Part shown: positions 27,957 to 37,535 of the stretch, in pieces | Position numbering within the stretch: the stretch's first letter is position 1 | Layout: each line of letters starts with the position of its first letter | Assembly: GCA_963706575.1 (NCBI GenBank) | Contig: CAVPNL010000012.1 | Coordinates: forward strand, 192,001 to 256,000 | DNA length: 64,000 bases | Source of the DNA: an uncultured delta proteobacterium | GTDB taxonomy: Bacteria > Desulfobacterota > Desulfobacteria > Desulfobacterales > JAHEIW01 | Direction: 5' to 3' | Notes under the pieces: generated by a model | Seen by the model: the letters and a program-made list of their open reading frames with translations, nothing else | The model's database searches: none | What the model was told of the DNA's origin: nothing | Translations under genes and position numbers: made by a program

Positions 27957-28451
27957 ATGAACGAAGAATACATCCAGCTGCCAAATCGGGTTGATCACAA
28001 TTGTTTCGGCTGCAGTCCGGTGAACACATCCGGTCTGCGGATGACCTTTTATACAAACGAAACAGCGGTATACTCAAAAGTAACGGTACCTGAACATCTC
28101 AGCGGCTGGAATAACCTGGTTCACGGTGGCGTCCTGACCACGATTCTGGACGAAATCATGAGCTGGTCCGCGATCTATTTGCTCAAACGGGTAACCATGA
28201 CAAAATCCATGACCGTTGATTTCCTCAAGCCGGTTTACGTTGGCAATCCATTAAAAGCCGAAGGCCTGGTTTTGGAAAAAAAAGGCAAACACGAGGCTTT
28301 AATGCAAGGGCGGATTTATAATAAAGAGGATGTTTGCTGTGCCAGTGCCACCGGAACCTTTGCCGTTTTTTCGCCGGCCGTGGCCAAACGGCTGAGTATC
28401 ACCGATGACGAATCGTCGAAATGGTTTGAGCGAATTTTCAACCTCACTTGA
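27957..28451 (+). CDS. PaaI family thioesterase
   Basis: CFGCS..N..GL, VHGGVLTTILDEIM, VDFLKPV. Confidence 0.9.
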   Translation: MNEEYIQLPNRVDHNCFGCSPVNTSGLRMTFYTNETAVYSKVTVPEHLSGWNNLVHGGVLTTILDEIMSWSAIYLLKRVTMTKSMTVDFLKPVYVGNPLKAEGLVLEKKGKHEALMQGRIYNKEDVCCASATGTFAVFSPAVAKRLSITDDESSKWFERIFNLT

Positions 28452-28460
28452 GGTTGAAAA

Positions 28461-28678
28461 AGGTGTCAGAAAAAATAAGAACTGAGGACTGAGCAAAAAA
28501 GCCTGCTTGGTGGCTGACCATTTCAACATGACGTGTCGGTTTCCGTCATGAATCGTCCTCCTGGGGCCATGAGTTGTCATTTTCCGTCCGTGAGCTGGCA
28601 CGGCCATTTTGTGCCCCTTTCTATTTCGATACACCTCAGACCTCAGCACTCAGTCCTCAGTCCTATTTTTTGACACCT
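28461..28678. repeat. Inverted-repeat element with 7-mer ctcagtc periodic arms
   Basis: aggtgtcagaaaaaataagaactgaggactgag ... ctcagtcctcagtcctattttttgacacct. Confidence 0.7.
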
Positions 28679-28683
28679 GTAAC

Positions 28684-30468
28684 CTACTTGCGGTTGGCTT
28701 CCGCCAGAGCTGCCAGGCCCAGAACGGTTTCGAGCTGGGATTTTAGCGGATTTTGATTTAAGGCATTCAAATGATCAAGCTGGCCTTTTAACTTCTCAAA
28801 GGCCTTGCCGCTGATCCGTTCGCTGGAGGCGGCCACCCGGATGCACAGCTGCAGGATGAAAAAACTTAAAAACAGGATCAGGCCGATAGCCCAGAAGGCG
28901 TGCATAAAAAAATCACCCGAAAGATAACTGCCGCTAAAGAAAGTCTGCAGGGTTAACCAGCCACAGTAGCCCAGGAATGCGACGGCGGGCAGGTTAAAAA
29001 GGGCTTGCAGGATCAGACCGCTGAGCTTGGCGGTTAAGCGTTCGAGTTCGGCGTCTAAAGCGTCCGTCCAGATGGCCGCGAGCTTGTGCTCGAAATCTTC
29101 CGTGCCGCTCAATGCATCTTCCACTTTGCGAATCGAGCTGTCAAAGCCGCCCTGGACCATCGATCTGGCAATCTCCGGCCAGTTTTCCAGGACCACAAGC
29201 CGGTAATTCCTGAAAGCCGCTGTCATCTGTCGATCCTTTTGGGGATCTTCAATTACCGCTTGGGTTTCCTTCGAGCGCTTTAGCGCCGAGAGCGTGCTCA
29301 ATACCTGGCGCACCGGGCGGCCGTGTCGAAAAACAGCCATGATGCCGCTGCTAAAAATCAACAGCCGCGCCCAGATGGCAATCATCCATCCCATGGGGCC
29401 CAGCCACCGCTGGGCCAGCTTCTGGTAAACCAGGACATTCAGCCCGAGCAAGGGCTGCACTCCGCTTGCCTGCATGCCGCAAACAGCGCTGCCCAGTGCC
29501 TTCTTTTCGGTATCGATAATCGCGCCGGCCGCATCAGCCAAAACAGCTTTATTTTTCAGCACTTCGACACCGGCTTCCTCAAAGACAAAGTCCCGCAGGC
29601 GTTGAGCGTTTTCAATTCGGCGGTCGATGACATATCCGGCCCGGTTGATGGTGTTTACCACCAGTTGTTTCAGATCCTCAAATTCATCAAAATCATGTCG
29701 GGGACCGGCGTCGGCGTCCCAGTCTGGATCTTGCAGGTTCCGTCGGGCGGATATACAAAACACCCGATCGGCCGGCATTTGCCAGCCCATCCGGATGTGC
29801 TCGAGAAAATCCGGCACAATTTGATTTTTGAGTTCGGGTTCATCCAACCGGTCGCATTTGTTCAGGACGCAAACCAGAGATTCTCCGCTGAATTTTCGGA
29901 TGAATGGCGCCAAAAAATCCAGGTGATCGCGTCTCTTGGGGTTTTCGGCGTCAAACACACAGATCAGCATATCGGATTTGGCAATGGCCCGTTCAACCAG
30001 AGGGATATGTTTCTTAAACGCCCGGCTGTCCGTATCGGGGGTATCGATCAAAAGCACATGCTCGAAATCTTCGGCTGCCGGGGTTGAACGCGTTTCGACG
30101 ATTTCGCTGTCAAGGGCCTCGATGAGTTGCATGCCATCGTCTGGATTCCCGCTAAAAATGATGAGATGATCGGTGGTCGGCCGCCGATGGCCGATCTCTG
30201 AAAGATCATCCACACCGGCCAATGCATTTAAGAGGGTGGATTTACCCGAACCGCTGGGCCCGACAAGCGTGACCACCAGCTTGCGGTCGAAGCGCTCGGC
30301 GATGCCTTCGATCATGCCAATCGCCTGGCTGCATTGTTTTTCAAGCCGGCGGCCCGGAAGCCACAGGGGCGCATCGCTGAGTTCGGAATTCAGCCGGTGC
30401 AAATCATTTTTAAATCCCTCTATTCTGCCCATGGCCTTTAAGAGAGCTTTCTGGCGATCTAAATTCAT
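28684..30468 (-). CDS. Dynamin-like/TRAFAC GTPase with C-terminal TM helices
   Basis: G1 GPSGSGKST, G2 RPTT, G3 DTPD, G4 NKCD. Long helical region and a hydrophobic hairpin. Confidence 0.8.
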   Translation of the reverse strand: MNLDRQKALLKAMGRIEGFKNDLHRLNSELSDAPLWLPGRRLEKQCSQAIGMIEGIAERFDRKLVVTLVGPSGSGKSTLLNALAGVDDLSEIGHRRPTTDHLIIFSGNPDDGMQLIEALDSEIVETRSTPAAEDFEHVLLIDTPDTDSRAFKKHIPLVERAIAKSDMLICVFDAENPKRRDHLDFLAPFIRKFSGESLVCVLNKCDRLDEPELKNQIVPDFLEHIRMGWQMPADRVFCISARRNLQDPDWDADAGPRHDFDEFEDLKQLVVNTINRAGYVIDRRIENAQRLRDFVFEEAGVEVLKNKAVLADAAGAIIDTEKKALGSAVCGMQASGVQPLLGLNVLVYQKLAQRWLGPMGWMIAIWARLLIFSSGIMAVFRHGRPVRQVLSTLSALKRSKETQAVIEDPQKDRQMTAAFRNYRLVVLENWPEIARSMVQGGFDSSIRKVEDALSGTEDFEHKLAAIWTDALDAELERLTAKLSGLILQALFNLPAVAFLGYCGWLTLQTFFSGSYLSGDFFMHAFWAIGLILFLSFFILQLCIRVAASSERISGKAFEKLKGQLDHLNALNQNPLKSQLETVLGLAALAEANRK

Positions 30469-30471
30469 TTT

Positions 30472-32505
30472 TTAGTTTATTTCCTCCGCGCAGATATTCA
30501 TGCTGCTTTGGATGTCGGAAACCATGGTGGCTGCCTGCTCAATGGTCTCGTTGGCGTTGCGGATCGTACCGGCGGTAATCGTTTCTTCAAAAAGCTGCTG
30601 CACTTTTTTTAATTTGTGATTAAACCAGGCCTGGGCAATGGGCTTCAGCATGGTTTTGAGCTGCTGTTGATCGGCCTTTTTCAACTGGGTCGTCACCGGT
30701 ATGGCAACCAGTGCGTAAAGGTCTTTGGCACCGAAAAGGCCGGTCAATTTCACTTTGATCCCGGCAGCACCGACCGGGTCACCGGTGGACAGGACATAGG
30801 TAACTGCCGCGGTGGCCGGCAGCACGTTCAGCGAGGCCCAAAAGGTCTGACTGATTTTGGACCAGATCCCCATTTTGCTGCGAAAATGGTCGGCCAGCTT
30901 TTTTAGATCCGCCAGCATGTCTTTGGGAATGTCCACCAGTTCTTCCTTTTGGGAAAGGATTGTTTGCAGCATGGACCGAAAATCCTGATCCCGCAACCGC
31001 TCCTGTTCCGCAAAAACCGACGGATGGGTATCAACAAAAATACGCAGAATCTGATCTTGCTCGGCGGATTCCGCCCGGGGGTTTTGCGCAGCGGGATTCT
31101 CCCGTTGCACGCGAATGCGATCCACCAGATCAGACATCCGCTTGACAACCGGATCGTTTAACGATCCGGTAACGGTAATCTGGGGGCCGATGGCCTGGGC
31201 ATGCAAACTGGTTACCGCGGTGACCAGATCTTCTTCCAGCTTTTTGTTAAAATCTCCGGAATCCGCCGGCGCGGCTTTGCCGGAGGCGAGGCGGTCTTTG
31301 GCCCAGCCGGCGGCTCCGAACAGTACTTTCAGTGGAAACTCGATCACATTGCCGGTTTTGCGCATAAGCTTGATGTGGGGCGGATCGGTTTTGGCCCAGA
31401 TTTTGGCAAAGCGCTTCATGACGCGGTCCATCGGGAAATGTTTGAGGGCCTCATGCACGTATTGGCTCTGGACGGTCTGAAAGGCATCCAAATAAAGTTG
31501 CAGCTCATCCAGGGAGCATTGCGCATCGGCAAGGAGGTTTTCGGCTTTTTTCAGTGTATCTTTTAATATCGAAGCGTGCAGTTCAAGTCGCAATTCGGGT
31601 GCGTCAACGGCTGTCAGGGCAGAAAGAAATTCGAGGCCATCGTCCGGAACGGGCCGCAGCTTCATGAAACTTTTTTCAGCTGCCACCCGGTTGTCTTCGT
31701 CGGCACGGTAAATCCCCAGAAGGTTATTTTCGGCATCATCACCGTAAATACCACCGGCCACGGTCATGGCATGCTCGCGCACCTCCTGGTCGGTAAAGCT
31801 GGGATAAACGCGATAGATCAGGAAACACTTGCGGGTACCGATGCCGGTGAGCATCTGGGACATAAAATCGGTGTTGTCCCGGTTGTTGTAATTGGAATTG
31901 GTAAAAATATAAATAAACATATCCGAGGCTTCCAGGGCCAGACGGGTCACGTCCCGGTTGACGTACGCACCTCCGGCACCGGTGTCAAAGTCAGGCGTAT
32001 CCAGCAAGACCAGGTCTTTGGGGCCCGAGCGGTTGATCACATAAAGCGGGTTGCCGGGATGGGTGAGGTCGGCGCTGTCTTTTAGCGGCTGCAGATCCGA
32101 TCGAAACGGTTCGACCAGATCGGAAACCACGCGGCTATGTTCCACCAGGCTTTTAGGAATTGAGAACAGCACGCGGCGATTCATACCGGCCCGGCCGCCG
32201 GCGGGCGCCAGCCGCTCCCCCGACAGCGAATTAAACAGGGTCGACTTGCCCGAGGAACCGCCGCCGCAAATCGCCGCTACAATGGGAAAATCTGATGAAA
32301 ATCGGGGGATCAGCTTGGCTTCGATGATATGCATCCAGGAAGCGATATCGGATCTGTCACCAAATTTAAGCAATTGCGCCAGTCGCGGAATGCCTTCTTT
32401 TAAATTTGACAATGCCTTGTGAAAAGCGGAGTCCATAACATGTTTTTTTAACATATTGAGATCATTAAGACAAAAGATAATTCGCAAACGCCCATATTCA
32501 AGCAT
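30472..32505 (-). CDS. Dynamin-like GTPase with degenerate G4 (true start probably 32454 or 32436)
   Basis: G1 GGGSSGKST, G3 DTPD, YRVY at the G4 position. Helical C-terminus with a hydrophobic patch. Confidence 0.75.
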   Translation of the reverse strand: MLEYGRLRIIFCLNDLNMLKKHVMDSAFHKALSNLKEGIPRLAQLLKFGDRSDIASWMHIIEAKLIPRFSSDFPIVAAICGGGSSGKSTLFNSLSGERLAPAGGRAGMNRRVLFSIPKSLVEHSRVVSDLVEPFRSDLQPLKDSADLTHPGNPLYVINRSGPKDLVLLDTPDFDTGAGGAYVNRDVTRLALEASDMFIYIFTNSNYNNRDNTDFMSQMLTGIGTRKCFLIYRVYPSFTDQEVREHAMTVAGGIYGDDAENNLLGIYRADEDNRVAAEKSFMKLRPVPDDGLEFLSALTAVDAPELRLELHASILKDTLKKAENLLADAQCSLDELQLYLDAFQTVQSQYVHEALKHFPMDRVMKRFAKIWAKTDPPHIKLMRKTGNVIEFPLKVLFGAAGWAKDRLASGKAAPADSGDFNKKLEEDLVTAVTSLHAQAIGPQITVTGSLNDPVVKRMSDLVDRIRVQRENPAAQNPRAESAEQDQILRIFVDTHPSVFAEQERLRDQDFRSMLQTILSQKEELVDIPKDMLADLKKLADHFRSKMGIWSKISQTFWASLNVLPATAAVTYVLSTGDPVGAAGIKVKLTGLFGAKDLYALVAIPVTTQLKKADQQQLKTMLKPIAQAWFNHKLKKVQQLFEETITAGTIRNANETIEQAATMVSDIQSSMNICAEEIN

Positions 32506-32537
32506 TGCATTATTATCAGATTTCGTTAAACTTTGAT

Positions 32538-32709
32538 CTGGCCGCTGGTCACTGGCTGCTGGCCTCTGGCCGCCGGCACCTGACTACTGGATTACTACCA
32601 GGGTTTCAGTGTTCAGGTGTCAGAAAACAGAAGACGGGGGACAGAACCTGAGAATTCCGCATGTCTTCTGGCTCGTATTGCTGACACCCGAAACCTGACA
32701 CCTGAAACC
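32538..32709. repeat. 7-mer tract (ctggccg-like) followed by a periodic hairpin (ggtttcag..caggtgtcag / ctgacacctgaaacc)
   Basis: Direct reading of the intergenic sequence. Confidence 0.7.
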
Positions 32710-32738
32710 TTTTGAATTGAAAATTCTGCCGAATAATT

Positions 32739-34505
32739 ATGAACCTTGCCGACTTAGAAATTTTAGCCCTTGATTGTCAGGCCACTGGCGCCAACCCGCA
32801 AAAAGGGCACCTGCTTGAAATCGGCTGGATTCAAACCTGTGCTGCGGCAGCCGTCAAACCGGAGACATTGACTGCAAGCGCCTATCAAATCGCTTTACCG
32901 GTGGATGTCGACATCCCTCCGGCGGTGCAACGCATTACCGGCATAACCCGGACGGATTCAGCGCGGGCATTTCCTGCAGCCGACGTCTGGCACAAACTCG
33001 TCCAGGCCGCAAATGGAGCCGCCATTGCCAATCAGATAGAAAAGTGCCCCGTCATCATTCATTATTCCCGCTTCGAAACCCCGTTCCTGAAGCACCTTCA
33101 CGCGCTGGAGCATCCGTCGGGTACATTTCCGTTCCGCATTATCTGTACCCACGAAATCGCCAAACGTCTGCTGCCCGGCTTGCCACGCAGAGGGCTGCGG
33201 GCGGTGGCGGGTTACTTTGGACACTCGGTACCGCGGCAGCGTCGCAGCGGTGCTCACGCTGTTGCCACGGCCGTGATCTGGCAGCATTTCGTTCGGAAGC
33301 TCCAGGCCCGGCATGACATCCAGCATTTAGATCAGCTGACTGACTGGCTGGATCGAACCAGGCCCCAAAACCGAACCGGTCGGGACTATCCGATGAAGCC
33401 GGAAATTCGTCTCAATCTGCCGGACAAACCCGGCATTTATCGCATGTTACGCTCTAATGGCGATTTGCTTTACATCGGGAAAGCGACATCCCTGAAGCAG
33501 AGGGTCAACAGCTATTTCCGACAAAAAGGGCCCTGTGCGGAGCATACCCTCGAAATGCTCAGCCAGGCCGCCGATCTGGATGTGACCCAGACCGGCTCCG
33601 CGTTGGAAGCCGCTGTGCTGGAATCAGACGAAATCAAGCGGCATTCTCCACCATATAATGTCGCCCTGCAAAAAGGGCAGCGCAAACTAACATTTCTTAC
33701 CAGGGATCTCCAAAGGTGCTCTGATGAACTCGATAAAACCCATTGCCTGGGCCCGCTTCCCGCAGGAAACACAGTAAATGCCATGGCTGCCTTTGGAAGT
33801 TGGCACGAGAACCTTCAAAACATACCCCGTGATGAAGTTCTCGAACTCGGATATGTCATACTGGGTGTGCCGCAAGCCTATGCCCCGGAGCCGGACTGCC
33901 TGGCAGAGGGGCTGGACCTGTTTGGGCACAACCACCTGACGCATTTATCCCACTCGCCTCCGTTGCGAACCTTGACCGCATTGGGTCATCGTCTCTGGCG
34001 GGAGCGGCTTGCGGAGCTTGCAAAGGCTCCAATTGAATATACGGAAGAAAGCGTTGAAGCGGCATCTGCTGATTCTGAGCTGGAAGTCGATGAAGCACCG
34101 AGCTGGTCACCCGAAATGGTGGCCCGCGGAATTGAAAAATTTAGCATGCGCGCCGCACTGTTGATTCGCCGCGCCCGCTGGCTGTGCCTGCTGAGTGAAT
34201 CCTCACTGGCCTGGAAGGTGCGAGACGCGGACGATCATCGCAAAATCGTCTTGCGGTTTGAAAACGGCACTGTCGCGCATCGGGAAGAACTGCCGGGCCA
34301 GGCCGAAGTGCCCCTGTCGGCCGGATATGTTAAACGCATGGCCAATCGACAGAAAATATTCGATTTGGCAACCTACGAGCGCCTGCGGGTGGTGACCACC
34401 GAACTGCGACGACTCGTCGCTGCCGGCCGCAGCGTTGAGATTCGCTTGAGACCGAATGCAACCCTGAGCCGCAGGCAGCTCACCAGAATGCTACCATGGG
34501 TCTAA
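32739..34505 (+). CDS. DEDDh(DnaQ)-like domain fused to a UvrC/Cho-like GIY-YIG nuclease
   Basis: LDCQATG...EIG, ITGIT. PGIYRM...LYIGKATSLKQRVNSYF...LESDEIK..PPYN. Confidence 0.85.
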   Translation: MNLADLEILALDCQATGANPQKGHLLEIGWIQTCAAAAVKPETLTASAYQIALPVDVDIPPAVQRITGITRTDSARAFPAADVWHKLVQAANGAAIANQIEKCPVIIHYSRFETPFLKHLHALEHPSGTFPFRIICTHEIAKRLLPGLPRRGLRAVAGYFGHSVPRQRRSGAHAVATAVIWQHFVRKLQARHDIQHLDQLTDWLDRTRPQNRTGRDYPMKPEIRLNLPDKPGIYRMLRSNGDLLYIGKATSLKQRVNSYFRQKGPCAEHTLEMLSQAADLDVTQTGSALEAAVLESDEIKRHSPPYNVALQKGQRKLTFLTRDLQRCSDELDKTHCLGPLPAGNTVNAMAAFGSWHENLQNIPRDEVLELGYVILGVPQAYAPEPDCLAEGLDLFGHNHLTHLSHSPPLRTLTALGHRLWRERLAELAKAPIEYTEESVEAASADSELEVDEAPSWSPEMVARGIEKFSMRAALLIRRARWLCLLSESSLAWKVRDADDHRKIVLRFENGTVAHREELPGQAEVPLSAGYVKRMANRQKIFDLATYERLRVVTTELRRLVAAGRSVEIRLRPNATLSRRQLTRMLPWV

Positions 34506-34939
34506 TCCTGTTTCAGGTATTGCAAAAGGATCTGAAAGGAATGCCGCTCAACGCGCCGGTATTTTATCCCGGTTCGATCGAGCGCACGTCTTTTGCAGAG
34601 AAAGATGAGCCCAAGGGCTATCTAATCCTGGAATTTGAAACCGGAGGAGCCTCAACCGGAACTTTAAGGAATTGGACCTTTCACGAGCTGCCGGCCCGTC
34701 CCATGAACCAGCTGGACCTGCATGCCGCCGCAATGACCGGCCCGCAGATCCAGTCCTGGATCCAGTCCCGTCTCTATGAAATCCCCGCAGACAGCGTGGT
34801 CAAACTCAAAGTGCACGGCAAAATCTCAACGGAAGCCCTGGCCGTCATCAGGGCCCCCGCCCTGAGGGCGCTAGCACCGGAGACCATGAACATCGACGCC
34901 ATTCTGGTTGATTATCGCTATTATCGAAATCGCCGATAA
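34496..34939 (+). pseudogene. C-terminal fragment of an Mre11/SbcD-like metallophosphoesterase
   Basis: YPGSIERTSFAEKDEPKGY is the post-GHxH motif of Mre11/SbcD. The N-terminal DxH/GD/GNHD motifs are absent. Confidence 0.7.
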
Positions 34940-35050
34940 AATTTTCACACCCCTGTACCCCAATTTTTTATTTGTATTCAGTTTTTGAAATCAGTATGAA
35001 ATACATAACGCGAAAATTCATATATTCCGTATTAACGAGAGAAAATATCC

Positions 35051-35761
35051 ATGTTACCAGACATAGCAAAATATCGGGTTCTGGGTATCTCAATGGTTCT
35101 GATAAGCATTTTTTACCTTTGCGGGGCGGCGGTGAATGCCCAATCAGAGTACAAGGAAACCATATCCGTTCTGCAGTCACTCCACCAGGACGAAATGCAG
35201 GCCATGCATAACTATCAGGCCTATGCCAAAAAGGCAGTATCACAAAAATATCCAAATATCGCCAAATTATTTATGACCCTGGCCGCTTCCGAATCCGTTC
35301 ATGGCCGCAACTTTAAAGCGTGTTTGGCAAAATTAGGGGTCGCGGCGGAAAAATTACCGCAACAGCCGGTCAAGGTTGGCAGTACCCGCAAAAATCTGAA
35401 ATTTGCCATCGCGGTGGAATTGGAAGAAATTGACCAAAAATACCCCCAGGTCCTCGAGCAGATAAAATCCGAAAACCATGCGGCAGCGATTCAATACATC
35501 ACCTATGCCTGGGAATCGGAGAAACAGCATCGCAAACTGCTAAAAAGAATCCAATCGGGCACGGGTATATTTTTTGGATTGTTGACCAAACGGATCGAAG
35601 GGAACCCCTATCAATATTTTGTCTGTCAAAACTGTGGTTCGACACTTACCGAGATTCCCGCATCCGTGTGCCCGGTCTGCGGGGGGCCGCCTGCAAAATA
35701 TAAGGAAATCATATTGGACGTCCCCGACGACGTCCCCGACGAAAAACATCCTTATAAATAA
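35051..35761 (+). CDS. Rubrerythrin family protein with N-terminal signal peptide
   Basis: E..A..Y, ESVH, EE...Y, EKQH di-iron motifs. CQNCG/CPVCG rubredoxin-like domain. Confidence 0.88.
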   Translation: MLPDIAKYRVLGISMVLISIFYLCGAAVNAQSEYKETISVLQSLHQDEMQAMHNYQAYAKKAVSQKYPNIAKLFMTLAASESVHGRNFKACLAKLGVAAEKLPQQPVKVGSTRKNLKFAIAVELEEIDQKYPQVLEQIKSENHAAAIQYITYAWESEKQHRKLLKRIQSGTGIFFGLLTKRIEGNPYQYFVCQNCGSTLTEIPASVCPVCGGPPAKYKEIILDVPDDVPDEKHPYK

Positions 35762-35787
35762 ACCTTGAGAGGTTTCAAATGAATGAC

Positions 35788-35904
35788 CTGCTGCTTTCTT
35801 TCGGATTCATGGAAGACATCCCGGAAGCGGCTCAGTATAAAGAACAAACAGTGCAGCTGCAGGCCGGCGACTCAGCGCTTTTATTCAGCGACGGTGCCTT
35901 TTAG
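35788..35904 (+). pseudogene. Short remnant of a SpoIIE/PP2C-type phosphatase
   Basis: Translates ...YKEQTVQLQAGDSALLFSDG, the PP2C motif, then stops. Confidence 0.5.
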
Positions 35905-35916
35905 ATGATCATCACG

Positions 35917-36320
35917 CTATACGTAACAAATGCCAATTTTTCTCTTAATATTAATTAGTTATATTCTGTTTAATAATTCGTATTTTGCTGGCTATCAAGC
36001 AAAATTAAAGATGATTACCTCCGGTTCGCTGCATCACCAGCCTCATTGCTTTAAAATAATCACGCTGTACTTTGAGATTGCACACCTTGCAATACCTCTG
36101 GGTTGTCTTGATTCTCGCATGGCCTAACAGATCCTGGATGGTGACCAGATCCGCATCGGCATTGAGCAGTTGAGTCGCCATCGTATGACGCAGCTGGTGG
36201 CATGATATCGGCAAACCGGTTTTGTTGGCATAGTGCTCCATTCGTTTTTGGATGCCTCGCACCGATATCGATTTGCCTCTGTGAGTGCCTTTTTCAACCA
36301 GGAACAGCTTCTTGACTCTG
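35917..36320 (-). pseudogene. Remnant right end of a second two-recombinase element (C-terminus of recombinase 2 plus terminal sequence)
   Basis: SCHQLRHTMATQLLNADADLVTIQDLLGH nearly matches 17414..18334. ttaatattaattagtta (35945-35961) is the exact reverse complement of 18344-18360. ctatacgtaacaaa resembles the TIR. Confidence 0.85.
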
Positions 36321-36519
36321 CAAAACAGAATCTCACATGGCCTCCTTTTCGCGTATTTTCCGACAGGCAAGGAATTCAATATCATCAAGAGAGAGTGTTT
36401 TTTCTTTTCTTTTGCAAGCGAATGCGGGAAAATCTCTAATCGGTAATTTCTTTGTCAATCACGGATGCATTGAAATTCGAAGATTCTCTTAGACTAAAAT
36501 TGGAAAAATACAATCGAAA

Positions 36520-37353
36520 ATGTCCGATGTCATCGAAAAACTAAACCATTCGATCGTCCAACATGGTTCATATAACAGTCGCATCTATCTGATGAAACTT
36601 CATGAGCGCGATATGCCATCTATTGTACCTGTATTAGAGCGCCTCGCCCGCGAAAAAGGCTATGAGAAGATTTTAGTCAAGACACCAGCTCGCCACAGAG
36701 ATGGGTTCGCAAAAGAAGGATACCATCAGGAGGCGATTATCCCCCGTTATTTTAAAGATCGAGAGGATGCGGTTTTTATGGCTAAATATTATTCCTCGAT
36801 CCGGAGACGGGTCAAAGATCGTCAGCGCATCATTGCAATTCTTTCACAGGCAGACAGATACGAACAGACCCGATCGCACCAAACAAATGACCTCTTTTGG
36901 GGAGTACAGATCTGCCAGCAGGACGATGCCCCTGAGATGAGCCGATTGTACAAAGCGGTTTTTAAAACATATCCGTTTCCGGTCTTTGATCCGCATTTTT
37001 TGATTGAATCGATAAATCATCATGTAACCTATTTTTGTATTCGCACGGACAATCGAATCGTGGCTTTGGCTGCATCGGAGAAGGACCCTGACAACTTGGC
37101 TGTCGAGATGACGGACTTTGCAACCCTTTCCGGGCACCGCAGTCAGGGGATGGCCAGCTGTCTGCTGAGGGCGATGGAACATGAGATGATTCAACAGAGC
37201 CTTAAAACAGCTTTCAGTATTGCCAGGTCATTCTCACCGGAAATAAATATTACATTCGGCAAGAACGGCTATCGGTATGGCGGTACCCTGGGAAACAACA
37301 CCAATATTGCCGGGCGGATCGAAAGCATGAACATCTGGTACAAACATCTGTAA
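36520..37353 (+). CDS. ablB: Putative beta-lysine N-acetyltransferase (AblB-like GNAT)
   Basis: QHG..N.RIYLMKL, GYEKI, F.TYPFP, EMTDFAT, GTLGNNTNIAGRIESMNIWYK. Confidence 0.85.
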   Translation: MSDVIEKLNHSIVQHGSYNSRIYLMKLHERDMPSIVPVLERLAREKGYEKILVKTPARHRDGFAKEGYHQEAIIPRYFKDREDAVFMAKYYSSIRRRVKDRQRIIAILSQADRYEQTRSHQTNDLFWGVQICQQDDAPEMSRLYKAVFKTYPFPVFDPHFLIESINHHVTYFCIRTDNRIVALAASEKDPDNLAVEMTDFATLSGHRSQGMASCLLRAMEHEMIQQSLKTAFSIARSFSPEINITFGKNGYRYGGTLGNNTNIAGRIESMNIWYKHL

Positions 37354-37425
37354 AGCATCAGAGGCTGCTTTCAACTTCACTCTCAGCTGAAAATCTTTTA
37401 CTTTGCGGGATGTATTTGACAATGA

Positions 37426-37443
37426 ATTCGGCCATGGTATACT
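37426..37443 (+). promoter_or_regulatory. Putative sigma70 promoter (-10 part) for the KamA-like gene
   Basis: ttgaca near 37416-37421, then 16 nt, then TGgTATACT (extended -10). Confidence 0.45.
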
Positions 37444-37535
37444 GGCCGTCAAAGAAGAGTAGACCGGTAACGCTTTTCTCTCGCCGCCGGTCGTTAAGAA
37501 AGCCTAAGGCTCAAACTGTTTTCTAAATCGACAAG

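Noticed and set aside
37440..37535. Lysine or SAM riboswitch before the KamA-like gene
   Set aside because: The leader is short and lacks recognisable L-box or S-box motifs.
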